In this document: piece after piece, positions 55,336 to 64,000 of the stretch
Position numbering within the stretch: position 1 is the first letter of the stretch
Layout: the number at the start of each line of letters is the position of its first letter
Source of the DNA: the human T2T-CHM13v2.0 reference genome, Homo sapiens
Assembly (NCBI RefSeq): GCF_009914755.1
Contig: NC_060943.1
DNA length: 64,000 bases
Direction: 5' to 3' (one strand)
Position numbers and translations under genes: made by a program
Notes under the pieces: generated by a model
What the model was told of the DNA's origin: nothing
What the model saw: the letters and a program-made list of their open reading frames with translations, nothing else
The model's database searches: none

Positions 55336-56388
55336 GGTCACTATTCTGCCTACCATAATGACATGATGTGAAAGCAGGAATGTCTAGAGTTCAGGCAGCC
55401 ATTCTGAGACCATGAAGTAGCAAGTTCAGCAGGATATGCAATGCACTGAGGGTGGAGGGACGGATGAGAGGATATCACTGAGCCATAGAATAAACCTAGG
55501 GCATCTTGCAAAATGACAATTATGATTTTTGCCGCTGTGATCCAGGTTGTCTTTTGTTTGCAGCTGAATGCATTCTACCTGGCTCCTTTCCAGATCACCA
55601 TTGGAAGTGTTTATTGGAAGACCTTGCATCAAAACCCTGATCTTTCAGAAACATAGAGTTTGTAGTAGTGTTCTTTTTCTTAAAGTGTGCTAAAACTTGT
55701 AAAATCAACTTTGAGAAAGAGCCTACTCAAAATTACTCTTCTGTTTAAACAGAGATTCCAGTCTAAGCTCCCTTTTATCCCATATGGGGAAACTAGGGCC
55801 CAGAGGGTACAGTGAAGTTTTTCTCCAGGGTCATAGAACTGAGTCTTCTTGAAACATCTGGGAAACTCAGTTTTGTACCGTTGACTTTTTGTGCTTTTCC
55901 TGTGTACAAGAAGCAAGATCAGTATAAATGGGAAAATAAATAATGCAGATCCAGGTAATAGAATCCCAACATCTCATACCCAAGAACCCCTACACACACA
56001 CACACACATGCACACACAACACATCATCATCATCGTTGTCGTCATCGTCATCCTCATCATCACCATCATTATCCTGCCCCCTGCAGCCTCTACACCATAC
56101 TTGTTTCCATGACTCCTTAAATTCCTAGAATGGCACAGAAAACAGACAAAAGATTAGCTCACAGATGCTATTTTATTAAACTCCTGATGCCCACTGACAT
56201 AGAAAGGGACATATGTTTTCTGAGTCATGGTTCAAAGGAGTAAACTTTCCCAGAAGCTTCTCCAGCTGAGATATTCTCCCCTCACCAATATAACAATTTC
56301 ACTAACACTCTCCCACTTCTACCCACTCTGTCATCATAAGCATCCACATCCCACTCTACCCAGTCAGAGCTATGACTTCTTCTTCTAG

Positions 56389-57713
<1,325 letters not shown>

Positions 57714-59199
57714 TAAGTCCTAATCATCATGCAATCCCCTGTCTAAAGCATTTTTGTTTTAAAAAAGGAAAGAGATTGGGGAGTGATTACAACCTTCTAC
57801 CTTTCAATGAAGATCACCTCAAATCTGTTAAAATAGCTGGCTCAGTGTCTCTTTTTGGCCTTGGGAGGAGTTGAAATCTCTGGTCAGGGTGTTGAAGACT
57901 GGTCACAATGCAGTTGACATCTCCATGCCTCTGGAAAATATGAAACCTTGCTCAACCCTACCCAAGAAAGGGACTTTCTGTTCTGGCCTCCATAGCCAGA
58001 AACGCCTCTGCCTCCCCCAGCTGTGGAAGGAATACTTGATTCCCAACTCAGGGTCAGCTGCCCTTACTCTCTGCTCAATTCCTCTTTTTTCTCTGAAACA
58101 AAATATTTGGGCATCTTTCTCGATACCCTCCTTTCCCTAAATCACCTCCAACATCCAATCAATCACCAACTCCTAAGGGTTCCATCTTTGAAACTCATTA
58201 ACCTTCTTTTCTGCCCCCTTTTCTCCATCCGCATGACCTTACCCTAGGCAATACCTCCATCTTCTCTCGCCTGTAAAACTGCTCTGAGTTCCCCAACCCT
58301 GACCCCCAGCCTCCCTGTCAGTATACTTAACCCCTCCAACATGCCCACCACAATTCTGGCCACCTTTCCAAATCCCAGCTCTGAATTAGAGTCTCTCTCT
58401 CTCCCCTCTAAACAGAGAGGCTCAAAGACCCTCAGCTGACCCTACAAGAAGTCTGGGATGCTGCCATTCTTTCCTGGTAAATCCCCTCCCATGATCCCTT
58501 ACTGTCCACAGGGTGAACATCTAATTCTTCAGTCTGGCATCTGAAGCTTCTGAAGCATCTGGAGGTAAGTATTTCATCCTTACCTTGCTGAGCTGAACTC
58601 CACAGGATTCCTGGGCTGGAGAGAAGGAAAGAAGAGTTAAGTCCCAAGAGGCGAGTGGAAAAGGTGTCTTCCTCTGCAGCTAAGCCAATAGCAGGCTGTC
58701 TTCATCCCACCTTCTGAAGGAGGGAAAGGGGGCAAAAAGTTGAGATCTCTGCTTCCTAGGCGAGCCCGAGGTCCCAGAGAACCCTGAAGGTAGAGCAAAC
58801 CTCGTGTTATCATGGTGAATAATATTGGCGTCCATCCCAGGAAACTGAGCTAATGCTCTCTGCCCAGATGTGCACAGGGATGACACACCACGAGCGATCT
58901 TGGTCCCATCCCACCCCTATTCTGCTCCAGGCTTCAGGTAGCACAGTGGTTAAGGACCCAGACTCTACAGTGAGAGAGAAATGGGTTCAAAGCTCCCCCA
59001 GCTCCTCTGCTCACCGTCTATGTGACCTCGAGCATGAGACAGAGCCTCTTTAAGCCCCAGTTTCTTCTTCTGCATAATAGGTGTAACCCTAGCTCCTCCC
59101 TCCTCGATGAAATGAGGAGACGCTGAATGCAGTGGCTCAGCAGAGGGTGAAATACAGCAAGCCCACAGGAAATGGGGCTGCAGTCATTTGTCTTTGCAC

Positions 59200-59868
<669 letters not shown>

Positions 59869-60416
59869 TAGGTAGTGATATTTATGATTAGCCATGCCAT
59901 AATTATAATATGATATTATACCTAGGGTTTAGCGGACACTATATAAATGTTAGTTGTAACTAATAATGGTTATTTTAACAATATTATTAATAGACAAATT
60001 TAGTTACCATTTACATATACAGACATTAGCTAAGTCCTGATGATGCCGGTGAATTGTCTCCACAACTATAAGGTAATGGCTACCTTTATCCCCATTTCAC
60101 AGGTGAGGAAACTAAGGCAATAGTGGTTAGGACACCCTTCCAAGGTTGCCACTGCGAGGAGCTGGTGACAGAGGGGTTTGAATTCACTTCCATCTGACTC
60201 AAGAGCCCAGGATCGAACTCAGGACAAATGGGTGGTGCCCCAGCGCCAGTGCTGACTGCCAGTTCCTGAGCAGGTTCTTCCCCTGCAGGCCCACCCACTG
60301 GTCCTCAGTGCCCCTGGTCCCTGCCAGTGAAGTTTGCAGCTCCCAGATAAGTAGCCCCCTCTGGGATCCCCACTCAGTCCTGGCTCCGTGACCTCTGAGG
60401 GGCCCAGAGCTGGTAC

Positions 60417-60559
60417 CTGGGACCTTATGACCCCAACACAGTAGCCAGCAGTCCCTGTGAGCACCACGCTGATCAGGACACTCGAGGCAATCCCTGCGAT
60501 GCCTCCAGCAGGAATAGTGGTCCTGAGTAAGGCCGGCTGCAGTTCATCCCCAGGAACCT
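60417..60559 (-). pseudogene. CEACAM22P: CEACAM22P transmembrane-type exon
   Basis: ...PAGGIAGIASSVLISVVLTGTAGYCVGVIRSQ resembles the CEACAM TM motif GAIAGIVIG; long pyrimidine tract plus cag| acceptor. Confidence 0.75.
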
Positions 60560-61164
60560 CTGCAGGAAAGAGAGAGAGAAGGAGAAAGAGAGAGATAGAA
60601 AGAGAGAGAGGGAGGGAGAGGAAGAGAGAGGTGTCAGTGCTGGGGCTCTGGGTTTCAGGTCCTCAGAGCTGTTCCCTCCATGTGCTCAATTCGAACCCTC
60701 CTCTCCCCCCATTTTACAGATTGGGAAACTGAGGCCCAGGGAAAGGAAGCGTCTGTACCAGATAATAAATATAACACTCACAGATGACAGGAATAATGTC
60801 TGGTAAACTATATTATCTCATTTATTCCTCAAGACAACCCTATGAGGAAGGCATTGTTAATATCCCCATTAAAGAAACAGGCACTGAGAAGTTAAACTAC
60901 CCATCCACCATCACACATGGGGTAGAGTTAGAATTTGAAACATGTTGATGCCAGAGCTTACACTCTGAACCTCTGCACTATGTGGCCTCTGAGGATCACA
61001 TTCATCCATTCCTCATTCAACGAACATTTATTTAGCACATACTGTGTGTGCCAGACACCTTTTTAGGCACTCGAGGGATATTGCAGAAAACAGAACAGAC
61101 AAAATTCCTGATGTCCTAGAGCTTACACTTTAGGAGGGAACTGAGACATAAAACACACAATGAG

Positions 61165-61443
61165 GGCCAGGTGTGGTGGTTCACGCCTGTAATCCCAACA
61201 CTTTGGGAGTCCGAGGCAGGCGGATCACGAGGTCAGGAGATCGAGACCATCCTGGCTAACACAGTGAAACCCTGTCTTTACTAAAAATACAAAAAATTAG
61301 CCGGGCATGGTGGCACGTGCCTGTAGTCCCAGCTACTCAAGAGACTGAGGCAAGAGAATCATTTGAACCCAGGAGGCGGAGGTTGCAGTGGGTCAAGATT
61401 GTGCCACCGCACTCCACCCTGGGCGACAGAGTGAGACTCTGTC

Positions 61444-61481
<38 letters not shown>

Positions 61482-61958
61482 GGAGCAAATATATAAAGTG
61501 ATGACAAGCATTATAAAGGAGTAGAATAAGATGCTATTCGAGGATCTCACAGGAGGACCAGACTTAGTCTGGGGAAATCAGGGAACGCATCCTGGAGGAA
61601 GTGACATTTAAGCTGAGATCCAAAAGACAAGTCCAAGATCAGCTGGTAGAGGGGTTAGTCTCCTGAGCAAAGTGGCCAGCATTCATTCATTCATTCATTT
61701 ATTCATTCAGCAAGCTGTTCTAGGCACTGATGATACAGCAGTCAACACAACAGACAAGGTCTCAACCGTCACAGATCTGGCCACCTGGATGGAGAGATTG
61801 ATGATAAATAATTAGGCCCTAATAATAATTAGGGCCTGGCATGGTGGCTCACACCTGTAATCCCAGCACTTTGGGTGGCCAAGGCCAGTGGATCACCTGA
61901 GGTCAGGAGTTCAAGACCAGCCTGACCAATATGACAAAACCCCGTCTCTATTAAAAAA
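61165..61958 (+). mobile_element. Alu with (CA)n tail (61165-61478) and Alu monomer (61832-61958)
   Basis: Alu consensus. Confidence 0.88.
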
Positions 61959-62167
61959 CATACAGCCAAGTTCAGAAGGACCACCCAACTGACCTGCAGA
62001 CTTACAAGCTGTAACAAATTCTTATTGTCTTGAGCCACTGGGTCTTGGCAGGGGGGGCATTTTATGCAGCTTTGTTGAGGTACTATATGATTGACCCAAG
62101 CCCCAGAACCCACTTATATCAGGCAAGAGACTCTGAGCCATTATCACCATGGCATCTCAACACCCAC

Positions 62168-62422
62168 CTGAGATCCAGATCTTCCCATTGACTGAGCTGC
62201 AGAGGTGAGTGATGCTGTTGGAGGCCTCACAGGTGTACCTGCCCTACTGGTCCAGAGTGACCTCAGAAATGACCAGGTGCTGGGTGGCAGGGCCTGGCCT
62301 TCTGTCCATCTCCCAGTGGTACTGGGCAGGGGGGTTTGAGTCAGCAAAGCAGGACAGGGTGAGGGCTGCCCCAGCTGTGACCTCTGGGTCTGGAGGGTTG
62401 ACCATAGGAGGGTCTGGGCCAT
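62168..62422 (-). pseudogene. CEACAM22P: CEACAM22P IgC B-type exon with premature TAG
   Basis: 255 nt; ...VTLDQ*GRYTCEASN...; splice sites intact. Confidence 0.88.
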
Positions 62423-63060
62423 CTGCAGAGAATTGAGAAGACCAGGCCAGAGGGAAGAGGAAAGGCCTTTGTCCATATTACAATGCATTGGCCATTGTCT
62501 CAGATGACACTCTTCCATCCCCCTCCAGTGCACAACTGCATTTGACACTGTTGGCCATCTCCCTTCTAGTTGCTTTCTTGTCCCCTACCACCACCACCAC
62601 CTCCCCATACCATATTCTCTACTTCTACTGTGCAGCTAGAGGTATCCTTTTCAAAGCTTGTTCAAACCTGCGTCACATCATGTCCCTTCTCTGCACAAAC
62701 CCTTCTTTGGCTGCTGTCTCATGCAGGGTAAAAGCCAAAGCCCTCATCATGGCCCACAGGCCCTGCACAGTCTGTCCCATTACCTCTCTTGGGGCAAGAC
62801 AGTCCTCTTCTTCCTCACTCTCCTTCTTCCCTTTACTTCAGCCACTATGACCTCCTCTCTCAAAACCACACTCCCACCCCAGGCTTGGCATTTGCAGTCT
62901 CCCTTCCACAAAATCTCCCCTTGGTGCCCTCTCTCACTTTGTCCAGGACAGACACTTCCAGCTTTGCCAACAGAACCAGCTAAACTTCAGCCGCTCCTTC
63001 ACCCCTCAACCACACTCCTATGCACATCTCCACCCATCCTTTATCAGGTCCTGGACTCAC

Positions 63061-63339
63061 ATGTAACTTTGATGAGAGTGGGGTTGCTGATGCTGCTGGT
63101 GGCTGAGTTCCAGCTCTCACACTGGTAGACCCCCGTGTCATTCCTGGTGATGTTCGACAGAGTCAGTGTTCTGCAGTCCAGGGACAGCTCCCTGTGGCCA
63201 CCAATGAAGAGCTTCTGGCCATTGACATCCCGGCGGATGGCCACAGTGCTCCTTGGAGGAAGGCAATGCAGACTGATGGAATCCACATGCTCCACTGGGG
63301 CTAAGTTACTGGCTGTGACATTGGGCTGAGGAAGTGTCT
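63061..63339 (-). pseudogene. CEACAM22P: CEACAM22P IgC A-type exon
   Basis: 279 nt open frame; ttcctgcag| and |gtgagt; CGG at 63232-63230 where Trp is expected. Confidence 0.88.
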
Positions 63340-63454
63340 CTGCAGGAAAATTAGAAAGAGGTAGAAATGCTGAGTCCTGCCCAGATCATGGGCTTAGAGA
63401 AGAACACCCTTAGGGAACACCCTTAGGGCTGAAGGAATTCAGCACACTTGCCAA

Positions 63455-63868
63455 TCATCCATCCATGCACCTGTCCATAAGTCCATCTACTCTCCACCAA
63501 CTCAGCCTTTCCTACATTCATTCACCCAATTGTTCACTCTTCCAGTCACCCTTCTATTTATCCATCCACCAATTTGTCCCTCAATCCACCCATCTATCCA
63601 TCCGTCATCCATCCATCCATCCATCCATCCATCCATCCATCCTATCCATAAATCTACCTTCCCATCTACCTACCCACCCAGGGATGCATACATGCACCCA
63701 TCTTCTCAATCATTCACCATTTTTTTCACCCATTTGTCCACCCAATCATCTTTTCCAATCACTTACCACCCACCTAAATTCGCTCATCCACCTATCCCTT
63801 CATTTACCCAATCACCTATTCATTCATCACCCAATCACCTATTCATTCATCCACCAATCCATCCATTG
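63455..63868. repeat. Degenerate (CCAT)n tract
   Basis: Read directly from sequence. Confidence 0.9.
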
Positions 63869-64000
63869 ATCTTCCCTTCTGTCTGTTTACTTAATAAATT
63901 AACACTTCTGGAGCACCAAATATGCCCCAGGCTTTGTGCTAAATGCTTTACAGACACAATCTTATATCCTCATGCTTATATTTCAAGAGAAGGGTGGATT

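Noticed and set aside
55790-55899. Possible decayed terminal ITIM exon of CEACAM22P (acceptor at 55900; VNGTKLSF versus CEACAM1 VTYSTLNF)
   Set aside because: Needs a frameshift and lacks the Tyr; too weak without an orthologue alignment
63403-63429. 13-bp tandem duplication containing TTAGGG (also a ~26-bp duplication near 28421-28475)
   Set aside because: Ordinary slippage micro-duplications; not a telomeric array

Overview
Human (hominid) genomic DNA, recognisable as the ZNF180-CEACAM20-CEACAM22P interval of chr19q13.3, with all three genes on the minus strand. The window holds: (1) the CpG-island promoter and first three coding exons of ZNF180 (the KRAB and zinc-finger exons lie beyond the left edge); (2) the complete 12-exon CEACAM20 CDS (1791 nt, 596 aa: signal peptide, truncated IgV/N domain, four IgC-like domains, TM, cytoplasmic tail ending in an ITAM), with every GT-AG junction and phase checked by hand; (3) the 3' part of the CEACAM22P pseudogene (A, B with in-frame TAG, TM and a 32-nt cytoplasmic exon). 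The rest is mostly Alu, MaLR/ERV LTRs, a Tigger MITE, a full-length SVA and long simple-sequence tracts, and most supplied ORFs are repeat artefacts. I found no new prokaryote-type system. The most notable structures are a 254-bp near-perfect inverted templated insertion with a 13-bp flanking duplication in CEACAM20 intron 3, a four-level nested retro-element stack in ZNF180 intron 2 containing an apparently L1-retroposed MER41 LTR fragment, and the split CEACAM20 ITAM, which either of two exons can complete. Repeat subfamily names are from memory of consensus sequences and repeat boundaries are approximate.
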